Assembly: GCF_009914755.1 (NCBI RefSeq)
Contig: NC_060935.1
Direction: 5' to 3' (one strand)
DNA: 64,000 bases
Source of the DNA: the human T2T-CHM13v2.0 reference genome, Homo sapiens
Each line of letters opens with the position of its first letter. Positions within the stretch are counted from its first letter, which is position 1. A program made the translations under genes and the position numbers. Shown here one piece after another: positions 1 to 14,699 of the stretch. The notes beneath the pieces are model-generated. The model had not been told where the DNA came from. It did not search any database and worked only from the letters and a program-made list of their open reading frames with translations.

Positions 1-859
1 GAAACAACCAAAGTAAATGTTAAACTTATTTTGGTTAAAACTGAGGAGTTTTTTTTTTTTTTTGGACTGAGATAGCCTTACAACGCTATGAATTCAATCC
101 TAACTCTCATCATATGTGATTTTGCACAAAGTCACTTTCATTGTGGGATGCTCTTCCTTCTCTGAAACATGAGTATTGCAGGTTGTACTAGGCATTGGAT
201 TAAACAAACTACATGAAGATACTTTAAACTACAATCAAAATGTATAGTGTTCCTATTTTCCATTGTGAATAGAGGTCAGAATCGGAACATTTGAAAAGCA
301 ATGAAAATGAGCAAAAATTTATCTGTGGACACGGAGGAATAGATAAGAAGCCACAGTATTTCTTTTCCCTTCCAAGTTAGGAAGGCTGCCATTGCCTCCA
401 TGGTCCTGAGCACATTAAGGTCATCTGTTGGGAAGAGCAGCGGTATGAAATTTTAGAAAGCATCTGTTTTGGTGCAGAGTATTTCACTGTAAAAAGCAGC
501 ATGAGCTATCTTAAGAAAAGCCTTTTTGAATGTGTTTAAAGTCTCCTAAATTTCCTGCATATAAATGTTGAATACCTCCAGCATGTCAATCAATCTTGTT
601 TTCCAGTTAACTTAGAATAAAATGATAATGAACTTGCATTTAGCCAGCGCCTTTCACAGAGTGAGCATAATTAGACTTGGAAAAGATCTATTAGGATATC
701 AAACTTCATCTCTCTGCCCAGAGAGAACTATTCCTCCTGAGAGCTCCCTATTACTGTGTCGTGACTTGTTTTTAAAGTCTCAAGGGAAGAAATATTTACT
801 ACATTCTTGGATTATTTAATTACAGGCTTAAGGCAAAGTAACACCAGTCTAATAATCAG

Positions 860-1050
860 GAAACATGGATTTGATTCTTGATTTTGTCATTTATTTGTTT
901 GTGACTTTGACCCAGACACTAGTCTCTCTAAGTCTTAATGTACAAAATGGTGTCAAAATTTTCTATATCACAGGGTTGTGGTTAAATCAAGAGAGAAAAT
1001 ACATGTAAAAGGACAGATAGAGAGCTTGGAACATTAGAGTCACCTGATAA
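860..1050 (+). mobile_element. MIR SINE fragment
   Basis: Degenerate MIR core (tgtgactttg...ctctctaagtctt...cagggttgtggttaaat...atacatgtaaa). Confidence 0.55.
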
Positions 1051-1200
1051 ATAAGATTTCTCTCTTTGGCAATTTCCTCTACTAACCATTCCCACACCTA
1101 TTCCTCCCATATCCCCTCCTCCCTCCTATACTTTTCCTCAGTTAAGTATACTTTCTGAAAATGGTGAAGGATCTTGTTGCTTTTCTTCTTTCTAGTTTCC

Positions 1201-1690
1201 ATGTATTTTCTAGCGCTGCCATAACAAAGTACCACAAACTGGGTGGCTTAAAACAAGAGATATTCAATCCTTGGCAGTTCTGGAAGCTGGAAGTCTGAAA
1301 TTAAGGTTTCAGTGGGGCAATGCTCCTTCTGAAGGCTCTAGTGGGAAATCTGCCCTTGGCACTTCCTAGCTTCTGATGGCTCTCAGAAATCTTTTGCATC
1401 CCTCGTCTTGTGTCTTTTTCCCTCCCATCTCCAGCTCCACCTTCACATGGCCTTCTTCCCTGCATATGTGTGTATGTATGTACGTATGTATGTATGTATG
1501 TATGTGTGTGTGTGTGTATGTCTCCATGTGTTCTCCCCTCCCCTTACGAGGAAACTAGTCAACAGATTTCATCCTCATCCAAAACCAGTATGGCCTCATC
1601 TTACCTAATTACATCTGCAAACATCCTATTTTCAAGTAAGGCCCTGTTATGAGGTTCTGGGTGGACATGAACTTTAGGAGCAACACCATC
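1201..1690 (-). mobile_element. MLT1 (MaLR) solo LTR
   Basis: gctgccataacaaagtaccacaaactgggtggcttaaaac...gttctggaagctggaagtctgaaattaagg...gaggttctgggtggacatgaa; antisense MLT1 pattern. Confidence 0.8.
1464..1520. repeat. (TATG)n/(TG)n microsatellite inside MLT1
   Basis: Direct reading. Confidence 0.9.
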
Positions 1691-2732
1691 TATCCTGTGT
1701 ATCCTCAGCAGACCTGCCAATATCCTTGTCTTACTGCAAGATGTAAAGCAGACTCTAAAAAGATCTACCTCTGCTGCTGTGGATATGATCAATAATCAAA
1801 CTTCCTCCTTTTACTCAACTTTCATTGCTTTCCCAAATATTTTTGCATTAGTTTCATCAGCGAAAACAAAAATTATTACCACTCTGCCCCAGTTGTCTTT
1901 ATGTTTCTCTGAAGATTCTGAAGATCCTGCATGCTTGGAGAAAGAAGAAAGGACAGATGAGAGATTTCAAAGACAGAGGGAAGGCTCTGAGTGTGTGAAC
2001 ATTCCAAATAGGTTAAATTCCTCTATACCATTTATAACCTTTGAAATGCAAAGAGGGGAAAAGTCTCTGTTCTGTCCTGTGTTTCTGCTGAGTGACCTAA
2101 GCCCCTCATGTAACATCTCTCAAGATTCCCATCCCCTTCTCATACATAAACTGGGGGAAAAACATAATTAGTGTCCGGCCTGTCACTCATGGTTTTTGAT
2201 AGGGCAGCATGGCATGACAAGATAATTTTAAAAGGTTAAGTGATACATATGTTTAAATTATTGAGGGGAGTATTATTGTTCCCCTGCTAGATTATAAATG
2301 ACTTGGGAATTAGTATCATTTGTTTCTCATGCTTGTTCTTCCTCCTTTACTCCTTTTTCCTTTTCCCCAGAGCAACCTATTAATGCCAATATTAAAGGCT
2401 TACCTATTTGGGGAATTCAACTTATGTACAATTAAATTAAATTCTTACTTTCCCAAGTTTTGTATTTTAACTCTGTCAATACATATGTATCGAAATATTT
2501 TTCCACAAGTTTTAGAATTTGTTCTTTCTTTTTTAAAAAATTATTTTGTATGTGCCAAATGTCCTTTTACCTTTTTTCAACATGAATAGCCAAAATCATT
2601 ATTTATTTGCAATGAAAACTGCCCTAAATAAATTGCTTTCTGTGAGTTTCTTATGAAACAACTATGAGAAATAACTATTGTATATAAAGCTCTTGTTTTG
2701 TAATGACAGATAAAAATAAAATACCCCACTGA

Positions 2733-3017
<285 letters not shown>

Positions 3018-5065
3018 ATTAGCATTTCAATCCAGTCATTTGGTGGGATCCACAAGGTCTTAAGTCAATGCAAATAAAAACACAAAAAGGTAACATAAAA
3101 ACCAGAGAAAAGAAAAACACGCTGATTTTCCTATTATTTGTTAGCATGAAATATTGTGGTAAGCTTAATATTTTCAATACTTAATTCATATGGATAAATA
3201 CATTCATGAGCATGTGATTTTGTTATTCCCAAATAAGCAGTCAAGGTGATATGGTCATTTACTTTAGACAACATGGGGAATCAACCTCACTTTGTCGTTG
3301 TTTAATTTGACAACATTTGGACCTATCCTCTCTTTTGCTTTTCCTTTTTCTTTGAGTAAACTAAACAATTCATTTATTTGTGATAATCCAAACTTTCTCC
3401 CCTGCTGCCATCTTTGTTTCAACTGTTCATTAAATTTGATATAATCCTGGGCCCCTGCATAGGATAGAGTTCTTTGAAAACTTTCTTATATATTGAATTA
3501 TTTTTTAAATTTGAAACACAAATGGACATTTTCCTTCAGGTATACTTTAATAAAGGTTACCAACACATCACTTTTAAAAAAAAAAATTGTAGGGGGGTGG
3601 TTCATGGGGTTATTGGCGTGTAACTCTGTCTCTCTCTCACTAGTTTTCTAGTCTGTAAATGGGGCTTAATACCAAGTTCATACGGACTTTAGGAGGATTA
3701 AAGAGAGGCACTTGGGTAATGCAGAGACAGAAAGATGTCCATTGAAATGCTTTCTTCACTGAATAGTTGTTTGATGCCAGAAAAGTTCATTCACTTTCCT
3801 GAGCTTCAGTTTCCTTATACATAAAGTGAAAATAACAACACACACTTTATAGATGAGAAGATTCAATAGGATGACAAATAAAACACTTAAATGTTTTCTG
3901 AGAATGCAGAATTATTTAGATACTAGGTAAAGAACAGTGTTTAAAAACATAAATTCAATTTCTTCAATAAGGTCTACTTATCTTTGGAGGTGTCTGTTGG
4001 AGGGTGTGGAATTGTTTCCTCTCTCAACAATTTCTACTATGCTGAACATTTTAAATTTCTAGATGCAATTGCTATGATGTTGTCTAAATAAAACTATTTT
4101 AAGAAAGAATAGTGCTTTTAAAATACATTCTTTAAAGCAAGCAACACAGAAATTTTATCTCAAGGAAATGTTAAATTTGAAACAATATTCTATTACCTCT
4201 ATGGCCCCTGGTAGTTTCTGTAGCAGAGGAGGCAACAGAAGAATAGAACCATACAAAAGAAAAGAGATGAATACACAAAAGACAGTAGAGAAAGCCAGAG
4301 TTATAATGTGATATAAAGTCATAAAATGAAAGGAATAAGTTGCTGGTAATATTAACTCAGCTAATACATACCAGGCTGACTCTTAAGGTTCATGGCTATT
4401 ATCGTGTAACTACAGATTAAAAAACATTTTGCCCAAAACTCATTTCCTGCAGACTCCCTCAAAACATCTATGAAGATCCTATCTATTGAGCGAAACTCTT
4501 TCCATCACAGTTGTGAATATATAAGCCCGGGAGTTTTATGCTTATCATGAACAAATTTGATGCATTAAGTGATCTCAGATCATTCAATTTGTGACCCACA
4601 CAGAGGTTTGAAAAGTAACTGAGTACAAAATTGCTAAATACATTTCAATTTAGACTAAGTAAGAGCTTGTAAAAAGAAAAATGGCTAAAAAATTATGTAA
4701 TTAGTGCAGCTCTCCTAAGGAGAGATATAATTACAATAATCACAAATCATTTTTCCCTCATAACTGTAAATAGAGAACAAAGGGAAACTGACAGACTCTC
4801 TTTATCAGTTTTCGTTCTGGTGATAAAAGGTTTTTTGACATGGGTTACTGTCACCCATGAGTGTCAGTTTGGAGAAAGTGGGGAAGAAAAAACATCTTGT
4901 TTAAATTTCTGAGGAAAAAAATCATTTTTTAGTTCTGATCACTCCCAGTCTGCTGTAGAAGATGGGGGAATGAAGAAGAAGAAATGTCTTTGAACTTTTG
5001 TGTAGCCCATATTCTAATCCTAACAATGAGCTGTTGTAGGAAGAGACTTTGACAAAGTTAGGTTT

Positions 5066-5105
5066 GATGGATTGACTGATTGATTGATTGATTGGTTGAT
5101 TGATT
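5066..5105. repeat. (GATT)n tetranucleotide repeat
   Basis: gattgactgattgattgattgattggttgattgatt. Confidence 0.85.
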
Positions 5106-6150
5106 TTCCCCTTCTACTGTAGGGATTTGCAAGGAAAAAAAGCTATTGGTACAACTGATCCTACATCATGTTGAGCCACTTTATGATTTCATTGTAAAAC
5201 AAGAAATAGTTTAGAAACTTTATTTGGCCTATAAATATGTCTGTGTATAGGCACAGTTACTTGAAGGCAGATGCTTCATATTTGGGGAGAATTTGGTCTT
5301 TTGGAGCCATCTACAAATTTTTCTTCCAAATATTTTCAGGTTGCTAACATTGATGATACAATTTTTGTTTAGTAGAGGAGCTGCAGATCCAAGCCACAGT
5401 TCTGTCGAGCCAAGGAAGAAACTAAACAATGAGATGCCCTGGTTTTAGTGGTAAAGGCGGGCAAGCAGCAGCAAGTGGACCAAGGCCACTGCGCCAGGGA
5501 CTAGGGTGCATTGCCTAGAAACCCTGAGGTTCCCCACCACCATGATTTCACAGAAGCCCCACAGTTTTTCCCACATGTTGTGTGCACCCTCCCCAACTTC
5601 TTTTTTTCAGATAGAAATGGATCCAGCTTAAGGTAATGAACCATGATGGTATTCTCTAGAGGATCTTTTGCTTTCCTTAATACAAGAGACAGATGCTTCT
5701 GGTTCTATCTTACTACATTCCTATTCTTCCTGTTTTGAATATGTACTCAGCCTTCCTGTAACCATGAACCCAGGGCCAAAAGAAATTCAGAAGCACTGAC
5801 CGTGACGTTATTTGAGGACTTACGAAATGCCAAAAGGTGCCAACCTCCTAACTTCATGCTTAATATTTATTTAATTTCATGATAATTGAACAGTTGGAGC
5901 TGAAGGCTTTCTAAACTGAACATATGAATATTGTATTAGGGAGAAAACAGGGGGAGAGGAAGTCAATTGGAGATTTTTTTTTTTCCAAGAGACAATTCCT
6001 TAGAATTATGTGAAATCATTGTTTAACTTAGCATATTGAATTAAGTTTAATCTGAATTAGAATTTTCTTAGTTGCCTTTTTTTGTTTAATTTTTTTTTTC
6101 TGACAAAATATTTGGTGGAGACTTGTGAAGAAAACCAGATCGGATATTCC

Positions 6151-8391
6151 TTTACTTTGTTTTTAATTTTTATAGAACCATAATAGTTGTACATATTTAG
6201 GGGCAAATGTGACATTTTGATACAAGTATATAATGTGTAATGATCAAATCTGGGTAATTGGGATATGCATCAGCTCAACCATTTATCATTTCTTTGTGCT
6301 GGAAACATTCAAATCTGCTCTTCTAGTTGTTTTGAAATATACAATAAATTATTACTAACTATAGTTACCTTGTTGTGCTACTTGACATTAGATCTTATTC
6401 CTTCTTACTGTATTTTTGTACCCGTTAACCAATCCCTTTTTGTCCTCCCCTCCCCATTACCCTTTTCAGCCTCTGGTAGCCACCATTCTATTCACTACCT
6501 TCATGAGATCAATTTTTTATTTCCCATGTGAGTTAGAGTATGCAACACTTGTCTTTCTGTGCCTGGCTTATTTCACTTAAAGGATTGTCCTCTAGTTCCA
6601 ACCATGTTGTTGCAAATGAAGGATTTCATTCATTTGTATGACAGAATAGCATTCTATTGTGTATATGTACCACATCTTCTTTTCATTAATCTGTTGATGG
6701 ACTCTTAGGCTGATTCCATATCTTGACTATTGTGAATAGTGCTATGATAAACATGGATGCCCAGATACCTTTCTGACATGCCGATTTGCTTTTTTTTTTT
6801 CCTTTGGACATATACCCAGCAGTGGAATGGATGAATCATATGGTGGTTCTATTGTTAGTTTTCTGAGAAATCGCCATAGTTTTCCATAGTGGCTGTATTA
6901 ATTTATAGCCACTAATACTATATAAGCATTTCCCTTTCTCTGCATCTATACCAGCATTTATTTTCTGTCTTTTTGATAATAGCCATTTAACTGGGGTGAG
7001 GTGATATATCATTGTGGTTTATATTCGCATTTCCCTGATGATTTTTGATGTTGAGAATGTTTTCATATACTTGTTTGTCATTTGCATATCTTCTTAGAAA
7101 TATCTATTCAGATCTTTTGCCCATTCTTTAATTGAATTATTGGTTTTTTGCTATTGAGTTGTTTTAGTTCCTTATGTATTCTAGTTATTAAGCCCTTGTC
7201 AGATGGACAGTTTGCAAATATTATATCACATTTTGTGGGTTGCCTCTTCACTTTGTTGGTTGTTTCCTTTGCTGTACAGAAGCTATTTAGCTTGATGAAA
7301 TCCTATTTGTCAATTTTTGCTTTGTTCGCCTGTGCTTTTGAGGTATCAATCAAGATATTTTCTTGCTGAGACTAATGTCCTGAAGCACTTCCCCAATGTC
7401 TTCTTCTAGAAGTGTCATAGTTTCAGGTCTTACATTTAAGCCTTTAATCCATTTCGATTTGATTTTTGTATATGGTGAGAGAGAAGGGTCTGGTTTCATT
7501 CTACTATATGTGGATATTGAGTTTTCCCAGACCATTTAATGAAGACACTGGTCATTTCCCAATACATATTTCTGGTACCTTTGTCCAAAATGAGTTGATT
7601 GAAAATGCATGGGTTTATTTCTGGGTTTCTTATTCTGTTCCGTTGGGCTATGTGTCAGTTTTTCTGCCAGTACTGTGCTGTTCTGGCTACTATAGCTTCA
7701 TAGTATAATTTGAAATCAGGTAGTGAAATGCCTCCAGCTTTTCTGCTTGTTTTGTTTTGCTCAGGATTGTTTTGGCTATTCTGGGTCTTTTGTGGTTCCA
7801 TATAAATTTTAGAATTTTTTTTTTTGAGAATGTCATTGGCTTTTTGGTAGGGATTGATTGCACTGAATCTGTAGATTGATTGGGTAGTATGAACATTTTA
7901 ACAATATTGTTTCTTCTAATTTGTGAACATGGAATATCTTTCTATTTTTTGTGCATCTTCAATTTCTTTCATCATTGGTATATGGTTTTGATTATAGATA
8001 TCTTTCATTTCTTTGGTTAAATTTATTCCTAGGTATTTTTTCTTTTGTAGCTATTATGAATGAGATTGCTTTCTTGATTTCTTTTTCACATTGTCCACTG
8101 TTGGCATGTAGAAATGCTTCAAATTTTTCCATATTGATTTTATAGCCTGTAAACTTACTGAATTTGTTTATCAATTCTAACAGTTTTTTGATGAATTATT
8201 TAGGTTTTTCATAATATAAGATCAATTGTCTATGACAAGGACAATTTGACCTCTGCATTTCCAATTTGGATGGACTTTATTTCTATCTCTTTTCTTATTG
8301 CTCTGGCTAGAACTTCCAGTACTGTGTTAAATGAAAGTGGTAAAAGTGAACATCATTGTCATACAATGAAATACCAATGACATTCTTCACA
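6151..8391 (-). mobile_element. L1MA-type LINE-1, 5'-truncated (3'UTR + ORF2 C-terminal part), degenerate
   Basis: Antisense L1 3' end (ataatagttgtacatattt...tgtgtaatgatcaaatc); minus-strand ORF fragments such as [18 protein letters not shown] and LSPYTKIKSKWIK resemble L1 ORF2. Confidence 0.93.
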
Positions 8392-8833
8392 AATTTATAA
8401 TTGTACAGTTCTGAAGGCCAGGAGTCTGAAATGGTTATTATGGGGGTAAAAATAAAGGTGTTGGCTGCATTCCTTCTGAAGGCTCTAGAGAATACATTTC
8501 CTAGCCTTTTCCAGCTTCTGGAATTTGCCTGCATTCTTTGGCTCATGGCCACTTCTATCTCCAAAGCCAGCAGTATAGCACCTTCAACTCTCCTTTTTCT
8601 CTGAATCTGGGTCTGTCATTATATCTTCTCCCCTTCCTCTGAGTTTCCTGACTCCCTATTTTATTCATTTAGACCTTTGTCCTTATAATCTCCTCATCTC
8701 AGATTTTTAACTTAAGCAGATAAGAAATTTTTTTGTTTGTTTGTTTGTTTTTTTGCCATGGAAAGTAACATATTCACAGGTTCTGAGGATTAGGTTGTGG
8801 ACATCTTTTGGAGCCATTATTCTGTGTACCACA
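8388..8833 (-). mobile_element. MLT1D-like solo LTR lacking its 3' terminus
   Basis: acagttctgaaggccaggagtctg...tgtggacatcttttggagccattattctgtgtaccaca (reverse complement of the MLT1D start). Confidence 0.8.
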
Positions 8834-9456
8834 GTATAAATAGCACTTAAAGGTACATTTATTTTCTCTACGGTAGAAAGCAGAAGTAGTTTTAGTTGAA
8901 CAACAGTTGGGCTCCACCACATATGTATTCTATATTTTCAAGCAATTTAATGGACTTTTTATATCTTAAAGATAGATATTCATAGTTTTTATAGGTTTAT
9001 CCTAAAGTCTGAAGAATTTTTAATATAATGAAATCATATTACATGAAGGTTAAGTTCTAAATTCATACATATTGTCAAATCATTGCACAATCAAAATAAT
9101 TCTTTGAAAGATTGAAATATTCCTGAAAATGTAGTATTTTTATTTTTATTGCGTTTTGGCTGCAGTTTCTTCCCCTCTCTCCACCTCACACAGTAAGAGC
9201 CAAAGCCTGGAAGAATAATAGAATAAATCAGGAAATTCTAACACTTCATGTTTGTTTTATTTGTATGTTTATTGGGTTTTCTGAGTGTTTGACATGAATT
9301 TGCATAAGTTAAAGATGCCTATAATGGATTCCACTTTTAGTTACAGAACCTGGAATTTGAATCCAGCACACTAAATGTGAGTCCTTGTCTTGTCACTGAT
9401 TATCTACAAAATCTAGACTATTAAAATATATGTATGTATACACACACATATACATA

Positions 9457-10320
9457 TAAAGTTTATTGAGAAATAATTTATATTCTATAATATTTACCCA
9501 TTTTTAACTGAATTCTACAATTCAATTATCTTTTGATATTAAATACAGTTTTGCCACCATTAACATAATGTAATTTTAAATATTTTTATTAACATCCAAA
9601 ATTCTCTCTTGCAATTTGCAGCCACTTCTTTTCTCATCCCCAGTCTCAGGAAATTACTAACTTACTTTCAATCATTATAGATTTGATCCTTTTATATAAA
9701 CGGAGTCTTGTAGTATGTGGTCTTGCATGTCTACCTTCCATCACTTAGCACAGATATATTTTAGATGCATTCCTGTTTTATCATGTATCATTAATTTCTT
9801 TTACTTAAATAGTATTCCATTTTGTGATATAACAGATTTCGTTTATCTAATTACTAAGAAACAGAAATTTGAGTTGTTTTCAATTTTGACTATTATGAAT
9901 AATGCTTCTACAGACATTTATATGCAAGCCTTTGTCTGGACATGTTTTCACTTTCTTGGGTAGATTTCTAGGAGTAGAAATATAGGATCATGATACATTT
10001 ATATTTAACTTTTTACAGACATTGCCAAAATAAATTTTAAAACAGTTGTACCATTTTATATTTCTACCAGCAATGTTATAAGGGTATCAATTTATCCACA
10101 TCATTGCCAACACTTGTTATTGTCTTTTTTTATTATAGTAATTCTAGTGGATGTTAAATGGTATGTTATTTTGGTCTTGATTTGCATTTCCTAGATGACT
10201 AATACTGTTGAGATCTTTTCATGTGTTTATGAGCCATTCCTGTATCTTTTTCAGTGAAGTATCTATTCGAATATTTTGCCCATTTTAAATTGGGTACTTT
10301 TTAATAATAATTGTAAATTA
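9457..10320 (-). mobile_element. Old L1M (MB/MC/ME-type) 3' fragment
   Basis: gtttattgagaaataattta...tatgaataatgct...ttgcatttcctagatgactaat...ttttgcccatttt. Confidence 0.8.
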
Positions 10321-10447
10321 TTTCATCATCTTAGCAAGTGGTAGGATCTAATATTAGTCTTACTAATAAGATGTAGTGTCTAACTTTTAACTTGAGGCCT
10401 GGTACCTGACCTACAATTAAGCTGATTTTTCCCATTATATTTCAGTC

Positions 10448-10793
<346 letters not shown>

Positions 10794-11474
10794 TAATTCC
10801 CTGGTTCTCTTATGTTATTGGAGCACTACTCACACTTGTTTAACTGGGACCCTGAAAAGTTTCATGGCATTTTAATGACATGCTTAGTGACATTCTTAGT
10901 GACAGACAGATACATGATCCAGAACCAGAGCACCCTACCTATCTAACTCCAGTTACGTTGGGTTGGCAAGACTATATCTGCTTCTAACCACTTGAGAAGT
11001 GAGAAGCATCCTCCTGGTTCTCACACCTCCATGAATCATGTTTGTATAACCCTCCCATCTCTAGCCACTGGGCTCTGGGCTGCCATGCTGCTTTCAGTTT
11101 CTTTTTTCTTCTCCACAAAGGAATGTTATACTTTGGCCATAAGAACTGTATGAAAGTGCAAAAGGTGTTCAAAGGAAGAAAAATTTGTATTCTGTTCAGG
11201 GGATCAAGCACAGCTTCCTGGATTTAATAAAGTTTGAAAACAAGACTGAAGACTAAATACTGTGCATTCTACAGGGCCCCATAAGCTATCAGACTCTCCT
11301 CTAGAGTTTATACAAAATCAGCCCTCCATTTTTTCACCTCCATCACAGAGTAAGTAATGAACCATGTTCCACGATGCAGTTCACATTTTGTAATCCCAAA
11401 TGTTCCTGCTTGCCCAGCACTTGACCTTTCTTGTGCTTCTGAGTTCAAGCTAACTTAAATAGGAGGCAATATAC

Positions 11475-11690
11475 AATAGTGATCATGAGTGTGAATTCTG
11501 GGTCCAGAGTGCCTGGGATCAAACACTGGGAAAATTACTACATCTTTCTTTGTCTCTGAATCTTTAACTATACAATGGGAATAATAATAGCATGCATTTC
11601 ATAAGTTAGTTTTGAGGATTATGAAGTAATACATGCAAAGTATTAGAACAGCTCCTGACACATAATGAGACCTGTGAAGATGTTAAGCCG
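11475..11690 (+). mobile_element. MIR SINE
   Basis: ctgggatcaaac...acaatgggaataataatagc...tttgaggatt...gcaaagtattagaacag. Confidence 0.65.
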
Positions 11691-12129
11691 TTTTTTCTTC
11701 TTATTGATCCTCACACCTAATATCTGGTACTGTTTGTCTGGTAATAAATTTTGCTTCATTCTCTGTTGCTGAGAATTTCTATCATTAACTGAACTGCCTC
11801 TGGCCATGCTGAATAGATAGCCTATGTAATATTACCTGGTCCCTAGGATTACAAAGGGAAGCATCATACAGTTGTTAACTGAACTGAAGCATTGAAATAA
11901 AAAGACTTGAACCTCTGCAAAATACTATTGCTTTTTTTTTTTAAACCTTGAGCAACTAACTCAACCTCTCTAGGTTTATGCCTTATGGAGTGATTATATA
12001 TATAAACAGATGTCTCAAATAAAATATGAACATAGTAATGTGCTCAACACAAGTTACTGTGGCTACTATTACCAACACCACCATTACCAAACCACCACTT
12101 TGGTGCCACTTCCAATATAAGAAGCAATC

Positions 12130-13090
12130 AGATGGCATGCCCTAGTCTGATAGGACTCCAGACATGTAGAACAACTACAGACACAGAAGTTCCTTTACAC
12201 AGGAGGAAGAAATTAAATGATAAAAAGAATAAGGTTGGTAAAAAGACCAAAAGGTAACTGTTGATCCAATTTGATAAGTCCAATTTAGCTAAACATAGGG
12301 AACTGTGGGAGAAATGTATCAAATAAACCTTAATACATTTTTTTAGTCTGAAAACTAAAATGATAGAACTTATGCTTTAGGAATATAAACTTGGCAGTAA
12401 AGAAAAAAATGTCATTTTGAGGGGAGGCAAGGCAATAAGATGTAGACAGCAGTTAGAAGCTATTGGAGTGGGGAAGCAAGATGAAACTGGAGCATTCATT
12501 AGGTGCTTGACTGTCAAGATAGAAAGTAGGGAGTTACATGTACCCGTAGAAGCAATATTGCAGAGGAAACATGACTGGTCTGAGAAATGAATATTTGTGT
12601 CATCGAGAAAAAAAGCAAACATGAACATGAGTTTTGAGCTGAATACTAGAAAGATAGAAACAGGACAGTTAAATTGAGGAGTATCTGTGAATAGATACAC
12701 TATAAGTGAGGTTCCTAGGCATAAATAAAAGAACATAGACTTTGAATATTTTTTGGCGGAGTACTAAGTTGCTTAAAATACCTCAGCTTCAAGATTCCTT
12801 GGATGTCAAATGGGACCAACGACAATCACCTTGCCAGATAATATAGGAAACTAAATTAAGGAGGAAAATACATATTTAGGTACAGCACCTACTACAGAAT
12901 TTGAAACAAAGTAGAGATACCATAAATGGTAACCATTTCAAGCTTCATTCTTGTCATGATAACTTCTGAGCAATTTTAATTAAAAGGGGTATTTAAATGT
13001 AAATGTTGAGCATACATAGTAGTAGAATGGGAGACAGGTTAGAACTAGATCCGTGAATCTTCAGTCGATGGCATAAAGCCATGATAGTCG
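12130..13090 (-). mobile_element. L2 LINE fragments (probably with a nested MIR at ~12740-12930)
   Basis: Purine-rich antisense L2-like stretches (gagttttgagc...aaattgagg...gcataaagccatga). Confidence 0.4.
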
Positions 13091-13114
13091 AGAAGCTATC
13101 CATTCACACAAGAA

Positions 13115-13375
13115 GGAAGTATGGCACAGCATTCTGGAGCCCAAGTTCTATAATCAAACTCCTGGATTAGAACTTAGTATTTCCAGTTATTAACTCTGAC
13201 TTTGGGCAAGTTACGCAATCTCTCTGCCTCTGTTTGTTTCATCAGGTAAATGAAATTAGTGACCGACCCTATAAAATATAAAATCATTGCAGGCATGAAA
13301 TATTATGATGAATGTAAAACATTCAGAAAATAGTGCCTGACCCTCATTAGATGCTTAATAACTTATTATTGTCAT
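13115..13375 (+). mobile_element. MIR SINE
   Basis: tgactttgggcaagttacgcaatctctctgcctctgtt...tgtaaaac...agtgcctgac. Confidence 0.75.
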
Positions 13376-13627
13376 CTTAGTTGTCAAATATCTATCGTAA
13401 CACTCTTTCTATAAGTCATTGATAGAGAAAGTTTTATGAAGATGAACTTTTACTATAGTAGAGGAAGGAAATAAAATTGCAAAGGAATGTGAAGAAACAA
13501 TCTGCTAAGTGGATCCAGGCTATGTCACAAAGGCCAGAGGAAAACTAACTCTAACAAAGTAGGGAATGATGTTTCCTGACTAAACATTTCAGTGAAATTA
13601 AAGCCTGATGATACATTGTGAGACACA

Positions 13628-14100
13628 TGTGGCAGGCAGAATAATGGCTCTTCAAAGATGTCCACATTCTGATCCCTAGCATCTGGACGTATTTTACCTT
13701 ACTTGGCTAAAGGGACTTCGTAGATATGAATTAACTAAATATCTTGAGATGGGGAAATTATCCCGGATTATCTGGGTGGAAGCAGGGCTCTTATAAAAGA
13801 GATGTAAGAGGGTCAAAGACAGGGGAGAAGATGATATGACAAGAAAAACAAAGGAAGAAAAGGTGATGTGATGTGGGGCCATGAGCCAAGGAATGCAGGC
13901 AACCCCTAGAAACTGCAAAAGGCGAGAAAATTGATTCTCCCCTAGAGTCTCCAGAAGGAATCAATCCTGCTAACTCTATTTTAACTTTGTAAGACTAATT
14001 TTGGGCTTCTCTTCTCCCAAGCTGTAAGATAATAAATTCATGTGTTTGAAGTCACTAAGTTTATGATAATTTGTTATAGCAGCAACAGGAAACTAGTACC
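13628..14100 (+). mobile_element. MLT1D solo LTR
   Basis: Starts tgtggcaggcagaataatggc...aaagatgtccac; AATAAA near 14032; ends gcagcaacaggaaactagtac. Confidence 0.88.
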
Positions 14101-14699
14101 AAACACTTATTATGAGATCAGTAGTGATTTTAAAAGTAGTAGATTTGGAAAATCCATGACTACAAAAGCCAAGAGATAAAGGTTAAGAACACAAGGGTAT
14201 GTGAGAGAATGGTGCAAAGGAATCATTTGGAGACAGTCAATGACAGCTTTCCTTCTTTTGAGCACCAAGTTTAATCCATTGTATAACTCTCATCTTCTAC
14301 TATACTCAAAGCGCTACATTGCAAAGATGTAGGATATAATTTTGTCCTTAAGAAGTTCACACTCCCAGGTAGAAGTGATTAAAATGTAGTGAAACCATTC
14401 TTTTTGTCATAATAAAAAGACAAAAGAAAAACACACTGATTCTTTCTGACTAGGGAAAAGAGAGGTTTGGAAAGACTTCACAATAGAAATATCTTACAAT
14501 TTGTGACTTAAAAGTAGAAGTATCCGAGAAAAAGCTCTGGAAGCAGGGTACCACAGGCTTTTCAAACAAATGAGTTGTGAAAAGCAGAATAACATTGTGG
14601 AGTTGGCGAATTACTTGGCATAAGTGTAGATTAGAGTGCATGAAGGGCAAACACTAAAATTAGGATAACACACTTTGACTCTAATGGAGAATCTCCAAA

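Noticed and set aside
1779-2171. 130-aa ORF in mostly non-repeat sequence
   Set aside because: No recognisable domain or supporting gene structure; the 3' part is MIR-like
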